From a virus (lineage: Duplodnaviria; Caudoviricetes): a stretch of DNA of 61,607 nucleotides. A model generated the notes under the pieces. The model made no database searches and was not told where the DNA came from. It saw nothing but the letters and a program-made list of their open reading frames with translations. Shown piece by piece: positions 17,844 through 27,098 of the stretch. Position numbers and translations under genes: made by a program. The stretch covers positions 1 to 61,607 of the IMG/VR virus record IMGVR_UViG_3300048029_000244. One strand, 5' to 3'. The stretch's first letter is position 1. Each line of letters starts with the position of its first letter.

Positions 17844-18056
17844 TTATGCAAACTTTTCGAGTGAATATCTATCTTCTACTTGTTTATTGTAGATTTCTGT
17901 ATAATTGTTAGTAACTTTTTTAGCTTTATTACTTATTACAGTGTAGCCTTTATCTATTAGATATTGCTTTTTGTAATGAAAGTTTTTAAGCTTTAGTTTA
18001 TTACGAGTATCAATCTTATTGATCTCATAATTAATGTCAATCTTTTCGTACTTCAT
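17844..18056 (-). CDS. Hypothetical early protein
   Basis: 70-aa ORF. Confidence 0.5.
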   Translation of the reverse strand: MKYEKIDINYEINKIDTRNKLKLKNFHYKKQYLIDKGYTVISNKAKKVTNNYTEIYNKQVEDRYSLEKFA

Positions 18057-18058
18057 GA

Positions 18059-18469
18059 TTAAATAGTTTCTATAGAATAGTTTTTATATCTATTTCTCAT
18101 ATTCATATACTTAGACTTAGTAGTAAATACAAAGTATCTATTACCTCGTTGAGAAATCTTAGAGAGTGTTATGACAGGATTGTCTATGTTACCCATTGAT
18201 TTCATATATTCTATAAGTGTCTTGACATTTCTTTTCTGAAGATTGTCCCATACTGATTCCATTCTCTTTGGTAAGTCTGAATAGAAATGTACTGGAAGGT
18301 CTTCAGTTTCTTTGAAGTTAATGTCTGACAAATGAGCTTCAATATAATTGATGCCATCGTAGTCTTTCTTCAGTGTCTTAGACATCTTGAAGAGTTCTTG
18401 GTAGTTAGCTAGTATAGTAGTTCTACTAATAGCTGTTCTAGCCGATTGATAATGATTTAAATAGTTCAC
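18059..18469 (-). CDS. Hypothetical early protein
   Basis: 136-aa ORF with a GTG start. Confidence 0.55.
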   Translation of the reverse strand: MNYLNHYQSARTAISRTTILANYQELFKMSKTLKKDYDGINYIEAHLSDINFKETEDLPVHFYSDLPKRMESVWDNLQKRNVKTLIEYMKSMGNIDNPVITLSKISQRGNRYFVFTTKSKYMNMRNRYKNYSIETI

Positions 18470-18568
18470 TTTAAAATTGTTTTAAAAAGTTAATTAATTG
18501 CGTCTCGTATTTACTTACTATTACTGCGAGACATAACAGTAATATAGATTGAATGATATACTCCATAA

Positions 18569-18793
18569 TTATTTAGTTAGTTTTTCTTTTAATTGTAACA
18601 TTTTATGTGAAGAGATATACATTAGCTTAGTGTAAAAGGCTGCGTCAGTTCCTAGTTTAGTTCCTATAGCTTTTGATAAAGAGAAATCGAAATTACCCAT
18701 TGACCTATCAAATCCATCTGTTACACCATCCGAAAATGACTCTTGCTTGTGCTTTGCGTATGCAATAGCTTTTTTGAAATTGTATTTAGACAT
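18569..18793 (-). CDS. First gene of the minus arm, hypothetical
   Basis: 74-aa ORF next to the divergence point. Confidence 0.55.
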   Translation of the reverse strand: MSKYNFKKAIAYAKHKQESFSDGVTDGFDRSMGNFDFSLSKAIGTKLGTDAAFYTKLMYISSHKMLQLKEKLTK

Positions 18794-18939
18794 AACGTTT
18801 TATGTATTGTGGGCATAATGTTGCCCTGATTAGAATTGAACCCCCGTACAAAGATTGATAATGTGTGAGGGGGCGTACACACATATAGCATCACTCATTC
18901 ACCAAAACAAAAATTTTTTTTTTATAGCTTTGTAGTACA
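18794..18939. promoter_or_regulatory. Divergent control region between the early and late arms, with hairpins and C5/G5 tracts
   Basis: GGGCA/TGCCC and ATGTGTG/CACACAT stems, CCCCC 18841-45, GGGGG 18869-73, TAGCTTTG 18925-32. Confidence 0.65.
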
Positions 18940-19161
18940 ATGGATATAAACTTAGAAAACGGTAGAATAGTTTGCACTGATAATGGATTGTATTGTATAG
19001 AAAAGTATTACCGTGACTTTGACAATCTATTAAATGACTTTTACGAAATGTCACCTAAGATAATAAAAAACGATTTTAACATATTAAATCACAAGTATTT
19101 TGTGATAGATAAAAAAGAGTTCAGATTTATGCTTAGAATCTATTTGGAAGGAAAACGTTAA
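18940..19161 (+). CDS. Hypothetical protein, first late gene
   Basis: 73-aa ORF 7 nt after TAGCTTTG. Confidence 0.55.
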   Translation: MDINLENGRIVCTDNGLYCIEKYYRDFDNLLNDFYEMSPKIIKNDFNILNHKYFVIDKKEFRFMLRIYLEGKR

Positions 19162-19166
19162 CTTTG
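19159..19166 (+). promoter_or_regulatory. TAnnTTTG promoter, 4 nt before ATG
   Basis: TAACTTTG-CAAT-ATG(19171). Confidence 0.75.
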
Positions 19167-19170
19167 CAAT

Positions 19171-19704
19171 ATGTATTTATTGAAGGTGAGCAAAAAGGGT
19201 AGTATCCATAAAGATGCTGATAGCGTAACACTTGTTCCAGAATTTAAAAAACTGCTTGCAGCAGAGGGTATGGGTGAGACAGCTATGAAATGGGTGGCGT
19301 TAATGCACGACTATGAAAGCCCATATAGATATTTGTCTATAGATGAAAGAGCAAAAGCAGTTAGCAAAGATTTATATAACGATTTTAGTTGGAAGGGTGC
19401 TAACAAGCCAGTATTAAAGGCAGCTGTAGAAAAATATAAAAAATTACAATTTGATCCTCTTGACGAACAACTTATAGCATTTAATGCAAAAATTGATCAG
19501 TTTACTAAGTATATGAACAGCATGATTATCAATGACGACAATGCAGAGAGTTTACAGAAATTAATGATTGGGATAGAAAAGATATTGAAGACACGTCAGA
19601 CTTTGCTAGACGTGATAGAGCGTAGAGGTGAAAGACAAAAGATTGTCGGTGATAAACAAATGTCATTTTTAGAAAACAAACTAAACAGAGACCAAGATGC
19701 ATGA
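19171..19704 (+). CDS. Probable terminase small subunit (crAss-type gene upstream of TerL)
   Basis: Helical 177-aa protein with D..SPY, overlapping the terL start. Confidence 0.55.
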   Translation: MYLLKVSKKGSIHKDADSVTLVPEFKKLLAAEGMGETAMKWVALMHDYESPYRYLSIDERAKAVSKDLYNDFSWKGANKPVLKAAVEKYKKLQFDPLDEQLIAFNAKIDQFTKYMNSMIINDDNAESLQKLMIGIEKILKTRQTLLDVIERRGERQKIVGDKQMSFLENKLNRDQDA

Positions 19705-21505
19705 TGTACAGAAGTACAGACCTATTGTAAACAATGGACATCCAGATTTAAGTCCAGACTCTATATCATACCAGGAGTACTGGGAGCAAGAGCGTGATAG
19801 ATGCATAAATGGTTATAAGCCTAGGGGTATGGATAAAATTTCAGGCAAATACTACTTTTACTTAAATTACTTTAAAATATTAGGTAACTCTGGCGAAAGA
19901 GGTAATCGTAAGACTTTAATTAGTCCTTGGTACAGAGAAATGGACAAAGAGTACTTTGATTTGTTTGAAACATGTAAAGACGAAGAAAAAGGTATGATAG
20001 TTATAAAAGCCAGGGATAAAGGCTTTAGTTATATGAACTCTGGCCTATTAGCTCACGAATTTACATTCTTTCCCTTTAACGATGTTGGTGTAGCAGCTGG
20101 ACTGCAATCATCAGCTACATCATTCTTTAATAAAGTAAAAAATGGACTTAATAATATTCATTCTAATTTTAGACATTCCACTTTACGTGATACTGACGAA
20201 ATATATAAATCAGGATATAAAGTAAAGAACAAAGACGGTAAATGGGAGGTAGGCGGTTATCAGTCGCAGATTATATGCAGAACAATGGATAACCCTGAAG
20301 TATTTAAGGGTGAGCGTCTAGGTGTTATGGTATTTGAGGAAGCGGGGGAGTTTAAACGTCTTAAAAACGCATACATGTCTTCCAAAGCATGTTTTATGGA
20401 TGGAGACATACAATATGGCGTTCCAGTGATTGGTGGTACGGGTGGTGACATTACTAAGTCTTCTAAGGACTTTATGGAGATGTATTACAACGCAGACGCG
20501 TTTAATCTTATTCCTATGTTTATTCCTGCTAGTAGAGCGTACTACGGATTTTATGATATTCAGTCGGGAATAGAAGATGAGCCTGGAGCTAGAAAAAAAC
20601 TACTAGACGATAGAAAGAAAGTAGAAACCGATCAAAAAGCATACAACCTTCATTTACAAAACTACCCTATGTCTGTAGAGGAGGCGTTTCTAAACACCAA
20701 GTCTAGTAGGTTTGACATTTCTCGTATTAACGGGCAACGTGCTAGAATCATGTCAGATTCTAAGTTTAAAGGTCAAATACAAAAAGGTAACTTACATTGG
20801 ACTTTGGACGACAACGGCTTAGAAGCCGTGGAGTTTGAACCACACCCACACGGAAAATTCAAAATACTTGACCACCCGCGAACCAACTTCGTTGGTTTAG
20901 ACGTGGGAGGAGTAGATAGCTACGATCAAGATCAAGCAGGAGCTAGTACGTCTGAGGGGTGCGCGATGATATATAGAAGGTTTTTAAATGTAGACGAGCC
21001 AGGTGATTATATAGTAGCAGAATATACAGACAGGCCTGAGAGAAAGGAAGACTTTTATGATGGCGTTTTAAAACTTGCAGTGTATTATAATTCTAAAATG
21101 CTGATAGAATATACTAAAATAGCAATTATAGATTATTTTAAAAAAGAAGGCATGCAAAAGTATTTAAAAGAAAAGCCTGCGTCTGCACATAATATAAAAA
21201 CATTGACAAGAAATACATACGGAGTACATATGAATAAGCAAGTTAAGTCATACATGGAAGACTTAATGGACGATTACATTAGATCGTCAGTTGCAGACAT
21301 ATGGTTTTATGAATTACTGGAAGAGTTGTCATTTTATGGACAGCGAAACACAGACCGAGCTATAGCATTTGGATTATGTTTGTTACATAATAATGATAAC
21401 TATAGACGTAAAGTTTTGGATGCAGAAGAAAAAATTAGTAAAGAATCCTTGGGATTTCGTAAATTTGCAATGAATAGTCAAGGTATACCTAAAAAAATCA
21501 AATAA
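19697..21505 (+). CDS. terL: Terminase large subunit
   Basis: YYFYLNY, Walker A-like KARDKGFSY, Walker B VFEEAG, GGTGG, nuclease GVDSYD. Confidence 0.93.
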   Translation: MHDVQKYRPIVNNGHPDLSPDSISYQEYWEQERDRCINGYKPRGMDKISGKYYFYLNYFKILGNSGERGNRKTLISPWYREMDKEYFDLFETCKDEEKGMIVIKARDKGFSYMNSGLLAHEFTFFPFNDVGVAAGLQSSATSFFNKVKNGLNNIHSNFRHSTLRDTDEIYKSGYKVKNKDGKWEVGGYQSQIICRTMDNPEVFKGERLGVMVFEEAGEFKRLKNAYMSSKACFMDGDIQYGVPVIGGTGGDITKSSKDFMEMYYNADAFNLIPMFIPASRAYYGFYDIQSGIEDEPGARKKLLDDRKKVETDQKAYNLHLQNYPMSVEEAFLNTKSSRFDISRINGQRARIMSDSKFKGQIQKGNLHWTLDDNGLEAVEFEPHPHGKFKILDHPRTNFVGLDVGGVDSYDQDQAGASTSEGCAMIYRRFLNVDEPGDYIVAEYTDRPERKEDFYDGVLKLAVYYNSKMLIEYTKIAIIDYFKKEGMQKYLKEKPASAHNIKTLTRNTYGVHMNKQVKSYMEDLMDDYIRSSVADIWFYELLEELSFYGQRNTDRAIAFGLCLLHNNDNYRRKVLDAEEKISKESLGFRKFAMNSQGIPKKIK

Positions 21506-23770
21506 ATGTATAATACAATTACATTTCCTAAACAGCTGTTGTTAGACAGTGAAAAAACAGAAGAATGGTGTGAAGCCATGATAGATGCTATAATGAGTAC
21601 TATGAACACAGATGATTCGCCATTAGTTCATTCTAGACTTGATGATATTAGAAATTATAACATTTACAATGGACATGTAGATGTAGATGAATATAGGTAT
21701 GTTACTGAGCAGTATGGAGCTGCTTACCCAGCCAAATTAGTAAATTATCCTATTATAAGTCCTAAAATAGATTTGTTAATGGGTGAAGACTTGACTAGAC
21801 CTATAAATAAAAAAATATCTACAATAAATAAAGAAGCAGCTGTAAGAAAAATTGATGCTAAGTTAGCAATAGAAATTAAAAAGCTAATCAAAAATCAAAT
21901 TGAAGAAATGAAGCAAATGGCTCCTGCTGATTTGCATATAAAAATGGACGACGTTCCTATGCCAGACGATGTAGAAAAATACATGATGTATAACTACAAA
22001 GAGGCAGTTGAAGAAGTTGTAGAAGATGGTTTAGATTATATAATAAATAAATATAATTTAAAAGATGTTTTTAAAACAGCATTTAGAGATTTACTTGTAA
22101 CGTCTAAAGAATTTTACAAAGTCTACATTAAAAACGGAGATCCATACGTTAGACGAGTAGATCCTAGAAATGTTATATATGATACAAATTCTGAGTCAGA
22201 TTATTTAGATGACGCGCAATGGATAGGTGAAGAAAGATGGCTTTCCATAAACGAAGTTTTAGATGAATATTCAGAAGAGTTAAGTAAAGAAGATATATTT
22301 ACTATAGAAGAAATGGGTCGTGTATCATCATCAAGAGCCGCTGAAGTTTATAATCAAGACTTTGAATGGTTAGATTGGAATGATGTAAGCGGAACTAGAG
22401 TTAGAGTAGTAAGTTGCGAGTGGAAATCTATAAAGCCTATAAAGTTTAAGGTGTCGGAAAATAAATTTGATCCTGCTAGACCATTTAAAAAAGTAGTTCC
22501 TGATAACTATAAGAAAAAAAAAGGTGACCATATAGAAACTAGATACATAGATGATATATGGGAAGGTACAAAAATAGGTGGTAAAGTTTTGGTAAACTGT
22601 AGACGTAGGCCTAATCAAGTAAGATCGGTAGATGATTACGCTAGCACTCCATTGTCATATGTAGGTGTAATAAGAAATAATAGTACAGGAAGACCACAAT
22701 CTCTTGTAGACTTACTACACAATATACAAATGCTATATAATATTACAATGTATAATATTGAACTTGCTATGGCTCGTTCAGGTGGTAAAGCTGTAGTATA
22801 TGACGTTTCACAATTACCTACTAACATAGGAATGGATATACAAGATGTAATGTATCATTTAAAAAATGATGGGATTATACCTATAAATAGTAAAGATGAA
22901 GGTAATCAAATGGCATCATTTAATCAGTTTCAACAAATAGACTTTACTATATCACAATCTATATCTCAATTATTTAACTTAAAATTAATGCTAGAAGAAA
23001 CTGCTGGTCAAATATCTGGTATTAGTAGACAAAGAGCTGGAGCTATTAATACAAGTGAATATGTAGGTAATGTTCAAAGATCTGTACAGCAGTCTGCGTT
23101 AACTACAGAAACTTGGTTTTTTATGCATAATGAGGTTAAAAAACGTGTTTTAGAAAGAACTGCTAACCTTATGAAAATAGCATGGAAGTCTGGAGTTAAA
23201 GCTGCAACTATACTTGGAGATGGCGCGTATAAAATATTAAACGTTATGCCAAAAGAAATTGCTTTAAATGATTATGGTTTATTTTTAGGCGATACTGGCA
23301 AAGAACAACAAGACAAGCAAGTTATAAATCAAATAGCTCAAGCTGCTATGCAGTCTGGTAAAGCAGGCTTGTTAGATGTTTTAAGGGTTTTAAAAGCTGA
23401 TACAGCTACAGAAGCTGAACATACTTTAGAAAAAGCCTTAGAGGTTATGAATAAACAACAAGCTCAACAACAACAATTAATGCAACAGCAAGCTGAAATG
23501 CAAGAGCAAATGAAGCAAGCTGAGCATGATAGAGCATTAGAGCTAGAAAATGTTAGAGTAGGTGGAAAAGTAAAAGTCGCTGAAATAGAAACTGAAGCTA
23601 AAAAACAAATAGCTGATTTAAAAGATGATGGCGATAGAGATATTGCAGACATGAAAGAAAAGGTTAAAATGAAAGAGTCTGGAATAGACGTAAATCAACT
23701 TAACCAAACACAACAACAACCACCCAACAATAAGTCTAACAATAAAAGTCTAGATGAATTATTAGGATAA
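21506..23770 (+). CDS. Portal protein (crAss-type)
   Basis: FPKQ..., NYPIISPKIDLLMGE, WEGTKIG, G+SRQR.G motifs; follows terL. Confidence 0.9.
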   Translation: MYNTITFPKQLLLDSEKTEEWCEAMIDAIMSTMNTDDSPLVHSRLDDIRNYNIYNGHVDVDEYRYVTEQYGAAYPAKLVNYPIISPKIDLLMGEDLTRPINKKISTINKEAAVRKIDAKLAIEIKKLIKNQIEEMKQMAPADLHIKMDDVPMPDDVEKYMMYNYKEAVEEVVEDGLDYIINKYNLKDVFKTAFRDLLVTSKEFYKVYIKNGDPYVRRVDPRNVIYDTNSESDYLDDAQWIGEERWLSINEVLDEYSEELSKEDIFTIEEMGRVSSSRAAEVYNQDFEWLDWNDVSGTRVRVVSCEWKSIKPIKFKVSENKFDPARPFKKVVPDNYKKKKGDHIETRYIDDIWEGTKIGGKVLVNCRRRPNQVRSVDDYASTPLSYVGVIRNNSTGRPQSLVDLLHNIQMLYNITMYNIELAMARSGGKAVVYDVSQLPTNIGMDIQDVMYHLKNDGIIPINSKDEGNQMASFNQFQQIDFTISQSISQLFNLKLMLEETAGQISGISRQRAGAINTSEYVGNVQRSVQQSALTTETWFFMHNEVKKRVLERTANLMKIAWKSGVKAATILGDGAYKILNVMPKEIALNDYGLFLGDTGKEQQDKQVINQIAQAAMQSGKAGLLDVLRVLKADTATEAEHTLEKALEVMNKQQAQQQQLMQQQAEMQEQMKQAEHDRALELENVRVGGKVKVAEIETEAKKQIADLKDDGDRDIADMKEKVKMKESGIDVNQLNQTQQQPPNNKSNNKSLDELLG

Positions 23771-23774
23771 GTTG

Positions 23775-23782
23775 TATATTTG
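23775..23782 (+). promoter_or_regulatory. TAnnTTTG promoter for the scaffold/MCP operon
   Basis: TATATTTG 27 nt upstream of ATG 23810. Confidence 0.65.
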
Positions 23783-23809
23783 CAAAGGAGTAACAAAATT
23801 AAACATAAT

Positions 23810-24748
23810 ATGGAAGAGAATAAAACAGCATTAGTTAATAATGATACTGAGTCTACACCAGTAGAAGAAAGTAAGTTTAACCCAATAACATTTTCTGGAG
23901 TAACACCAGGAGATGAAATAGATGAAGATGTTAATACAGAAATTGTTGATAATATTGAAACTGAAAAAACCGAAGAAACGGATGATTGGTCATTTGAAGA
24001 CGAAGAAACGGTTGCAACAGATCCTAATGAAGCGGGAAGAGATGAGGTTAACTGGGCGAGAGTTGCAGCAGAGCTTGGACTTGATACAGGAAGCACAAAA
24101 GAAGAAATAAAAGAAGCTTTAAAAAATAAAGAAAAAACTGAAGAAACAAAAAAAGAAGAAAGTTCTGATAATGAATTTACACAATTAGAAAGTGTATTAA
24201 ATTTAGACGACAAAGGTTTAATGGTCGAAGAGCTTAAGGCTAGAGGATTTGCAGATTCTGAAATAGAAGATTACATAGACAGACTTGAAGATGCTGGCAC
24301 ATTAAAATACGAAGCTTTAAAAGTTAGAAATGAAATTAGAAAACACATAGTTTCTAAAGAGTCACAAGTTAAGGAAGAGGCTAAAGCTAAAAAAGAAGCG
24401 GAAGCTAAACAAATAGAAGAAAATAAAATAGCTTTACAAAAAACCATAAAAGACAGAGAAGATTTTTATGGATATAATTTAGGTAAGGAACAAAAGAAAG
24501 AAGTATATAAATATATCACAAGCGGTGATTTTTATAAAGATTTGAGTTCATCTCATGAAGAGGTGTTTGAGCAAGCGATGTTTAAATTGTTCAAAGAACG
24601 AGTAATGTCGCTACAGTCTAAAAAAGGTTATGAGGATGGTAAGTCCCAAATTTTAGACAACATAACATCTCCTGATTTAGGTAGAACTTCAAAACCGAGA
24701 CCCGTACAATCAAAGGCATTTGATCCGTCACAGTTCTCAAAAAAATAG
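23810..24748 (+). CDS. Capsid scaffolding-like protein
   Basis: Acidic, coiled-coil, between portal and MCP; ATG 23810 preferred over TTG 23780. Confidence 0.75.
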   Translation: MEENKTALVNNDTESTPVEESKFNPITFSGVTPGDEIDEDVNTEIVDNIETEKTEETDDWSFEDEETVATDPNEAGRDEVNWARVAAELGLDTGSTKEEIKEALKNKEKTEETKKEESSDNEFTQLESVLNLDDKGLMVEELKARGFADSEIEDYIDRLEDAGTLKYEALKVRNEIRKHIVSKESQVKEEAKAKKEAEAKQIEENKIALQKTIKDREDFYGYNLGKEQKKEVYKYITSGDFYKDLSSSHEEVFEQAMFKLFKERVMSLQSKKGYEDGKSQILDNITSPDLGRTSKPRPVQSKAFDPSQFSKK

Positions 24749-24834
24749 TCAGATAGTGTATGAAGTCTGACTGAAATGAAGCTTAGTGCAAGACAAAGTC
24801 TAACTAACAAGTGGATTTGAAAGTAATTCATACA
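24747..24834 (+). ncRNA. Candidate cis-acting structured RNA (pseudoknot) in the MCP leader
   Basis: AGTCAGA/TCTGACT stem; loop TGTATGAA complementary to TTCATACA (24827-34); internal stems TTAGT/ACTAA and AGAC/GTCT. Confidence 0.55.
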
Positions 24835-24876
24835 AGAGATTTTTTATTATTATTAATTTTTTAAATTTTTTTCAAA

Positions 24877-26349
24877 ATGAAAACTTATAGTGGTTCTTAT
24901 GGAAAGGATACAGAAAGAAGTAATTCTCTTGTAGAAAACCTTTTGAAATATCCTGAAATTTCGAAAACATTGGTACGTCAGCACCAACGTTATTCTTTAA
25001 CATACTTATTAGAAAGAGCAGGTCGCTTTTCTAATGCAAAAGTATTAGCTGACAATTCTTATGAGTGGAAAGTATTAGGTAGATCTAACAAGCCATTAGT
25101 TGCTGGTGCCGCTGGTAAAGCTGCTCCTGATGATAGTGGATCTGCTGGAACTTATGCTGATGATACAGTAACTACAAGTCCTAATGATTTATTTTATATT
25201 AAATTTAAATCTAACGCGGCTAACGATCACCACATTACAGTTAACAGAAATGATGTTGTAAGATTTGCTTCTGGAGCTACTGCTCTTGTTCTTTCTGTAG
25301 GTGATGTTACTAGTGGCGAAGCTGAAATCAAATTTAGATTAATAGGTACAACAGACTTAGCAGCTACAGATTATGATGCTGATGTTATTGCTGGTACTAT
25401 TTCTTCTGCATTTGGTGAGGCTTCTTTAGGATCTACTGTTGGTCAAACTCAAGTATATCCAGACACATACAAAAACTGGTTAACTATTTCTCGTAAAAAG
25501 AAAAGAGTTACAGGTTCTCAGTTGTCTGATGTAACTTGGATTGAAAACAATGGTCAAGCTCTTTGGTATTTTACCGCTGAGGAATTAATGATCCAAGAGT
25601 TTATGTATCAATTAGAATTAGCTCGTTGGTATGGTGTAAAATCTGCTGGTTTAGGTGGTGCTGTAGGCGCTCCAGGTGAAAACACAGCTACTACATTAAC
25701 TGATGCTGATGGTACACTTGTACAAACAGGTGATGGTCTTTTAGCTCAAATTGCTGGATCTAATGATGGTTCTTACTCAGGTTCTTTAACTGAAGAAGCT
25801 ATCGTAGATTATATGGCTGATCTTTCTAAAAATGCTACTGGTGCTGAAGGTAACGAGTACGTTGTAATGACAGGTACTGAGGGACGTAAGCAATTCCACA
25901 GAGCTATGAAAGATTTGTTGGTAGGCCCAGGTTCATCTTCTAACGGTGCAGGTGGAGCTACAGTATTTGATGTTAAAGCTGGTCAAGATGTTGAGTTAGG
26001 TGTTAACTTTACTTCTTACAACGCTTTAGGTAACAAAATTACTGTTGCACACTGTCCAGTGTTTGATGATCCTAACTTACACAGCTCTGCTTTAGAGTCT
26101 GGTAAAATGGTATTTTTAGACTTTGGAGCTGAAGGTGATGGTTCTAACATTGAGCTTATTGCTAAAGGTGCTGATGGATATAACAGAAACTATATCCGTA
26201 AGTATATTCCAGGTATGGTTAATCCTTACGACTACAAAGGTATGATGGCTGCTAATGGCGATGATGCATTTGAATGTCACGTAATGTCTGAGTCAGGAAT
26301 TATTGTAAGAAACCCACTTTCTTGTGGTATCTTCTCTAAGACTTCATAA
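24877..26349 (+). CDS. Major capsid protein (crAss-type HK97 fold)
   Basis: YEWKV, GDGLLAQI, V+TG..G...F..A, HCPVFDD, GIIVRNP; position after the scaffold; followed by a terminator. Confidence 0.9.
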   Translation: MKTYSGSYGKDTERSNSLVENLLKYPEISKTLVRQHQRYSLTYLLERAGRFSNAKVLADNSYEWKVLGRSNKPLVAGAAGKAAPDDSGSAGTYADDTVTTSPNDLFYIKFKSNAANDHHITVNRNDVVRFASGATALVLSVGDVTSGEAEIKFRLIGTTDLAATDYDADVIAGTISSAFGEASLGSTVGQTQVYPDTYKNWLTISRKKKRVTGSQLSDVTWIENNGQALWYFTAEELMIQEFMYQLELARWYGVKSAGLGGAVGAPGENTATTLTDADGTLVQTGDGLLAQIAGSNDGSYSGSLTEEAIVDYMADLSKNATGAEGNEYVVMTGTEGRKQFHRAMKDLLVGPGSSSNGAGGATVFDVKAGQDVELGVNFTSYNALGNKITVAHCPVFDDPNLHSSALESGKMVFLDFGAEGDGSNIELIAKGADGYNRNYIRKYIPGMVNPYDYKGMMAANGDDAFECHVMSESGIIVRNPLSCGIFSKTS

Positions 26350-26364
26350 ACATTAATACTAATT

Positions 26365-26392
26365 TGGGAGAGGTTAACGCCTCTCTCATTTT
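26365..26392 (+). terminator. Intrinsic terminator-like hairpin after MCP
   Basis: TGGGAGAGG-ttaacg-CCTCTCTCA-TTTT. Confidence 0.7.
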
Positions 26393-26423
26393 AGAACAGG
26401 TATTAACAAAAATTTTAAATATT

Positions 26424-27098
26424 ATGAAACATTTAGTTCAATTAATGGTTAAATCGCCAAAAAGATTTTCTACATTATCTTTATCTAAATATAAAGATGA
26501 AAAAGGTAAATGGAGAGTTTATACAGATATTAATGGAGAAGAGCAAGAAATATGGAAGCTTACAAGAGCTTCATTGTTTTTAGACATATCAGAAAAGCAA
26601 GATAAAAAACTATATGAATTTTTAAAAGACCACCCTTTATCTACAAAAAGTTATACTATAACAGATTTAAGACAAAAAGAAGAAGTGGAAGTAGAAAATT
26701 TACTTACATCGGCAGACGCTATATTAATAGCTTCTAAAATGGGTATAGCTGAAACTAATGACTTTGCTAGACTTTTAGGCATAACTTTAGACGCAGATCA
26801 AGACGTAATTAAAGCTAGACTTATTAAAATAGCTAATACAAAGCCAGAAAAGTTTTTAGACCTTTATCATCATCCTGAAAAAGATGAAATGGTATTTATC
26901 AAAAAAGCTTTAGATAAAAAAATTATTGTTAGAAGTAATGGTGTTTACAAGCACAATAGAATAACATTAGGTCTCACAGAGGAAGCTGTAATGACATGGT
27001 TAAAAGAAAACGCTGATGTCTATGCATTGATGAAACAAGAATTAAGAGGCAACGTAAAAGTAGATGTTAAACCAAAATCTAAAAAAGTTAAAGCTTAA
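26424..27098 (+). CDS. crAss conserved post-MCP protein (portal-vertex/gene-75-like)
   Basis: Y.FLK.HP, P..FL, IKKALDKKII motifs; true start after the hairpin. Confidence 0.65.
   Translation: MKHLVQLMVKSPKRFSTLSLSKYKDEKGKWRVYTDINGEEQEIWKLTRASLFLDISEKQDKKLYEFLKDHPLSTKSYTITDLRQKEEVEVENLLTSADAILIASKMGIAETNDFARLLGITLDADQDVIKARLIKIANTKPEKFLDLYHHPEKDEMVFIKKALDKKIIVRSNGVYKHNRITLGLTEEAVMTWLKENADVYALMKQELRGNVKVDVKPKSKKVKA

Noticed and set aside
17562-18939. tRNA genes or an integration module in the non-coding gaps
   Set aside because: No cloverleaf or T-loop GTTCRAATC signature was seen, and no integrase or repressor pair was recognised
23695-24213. Long antisense or alternate-frame ORFs in the track (e.g. 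1638-1985, 23695-24213, 35626-36102, 46563-47063, 60947-61414)
   Set aside because: They are shadows of well-supported genes, with compositions typical of reverse-complemented biased codons
24739-24772. -1 frameshift or readthrough fusing scaffold to MCP at A AAA AAA TAG next to the pseudoknot
   Set aside because: The -1 frame stops after three codons (ATA GTC AGA TAG), readthrough stops at TGA four codons later, and the spacer to the stem is too short
24773-24834. Assignment of the MCP-leader RNA to twister, pistol or hammerhead ribozymes
   Set aside because: Fragments are reminiscent (AATGAAGC...TAATTCA, GTGCAAG, CTGA..GAAA), but I could not fit the full conserved cores; left unclassified
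26364-26423. TTG start at 26364 for the post-MCP gene
   Set aside because: It overlaps the terminator hairpin; ATG 26424 has the usual A/T-rich context
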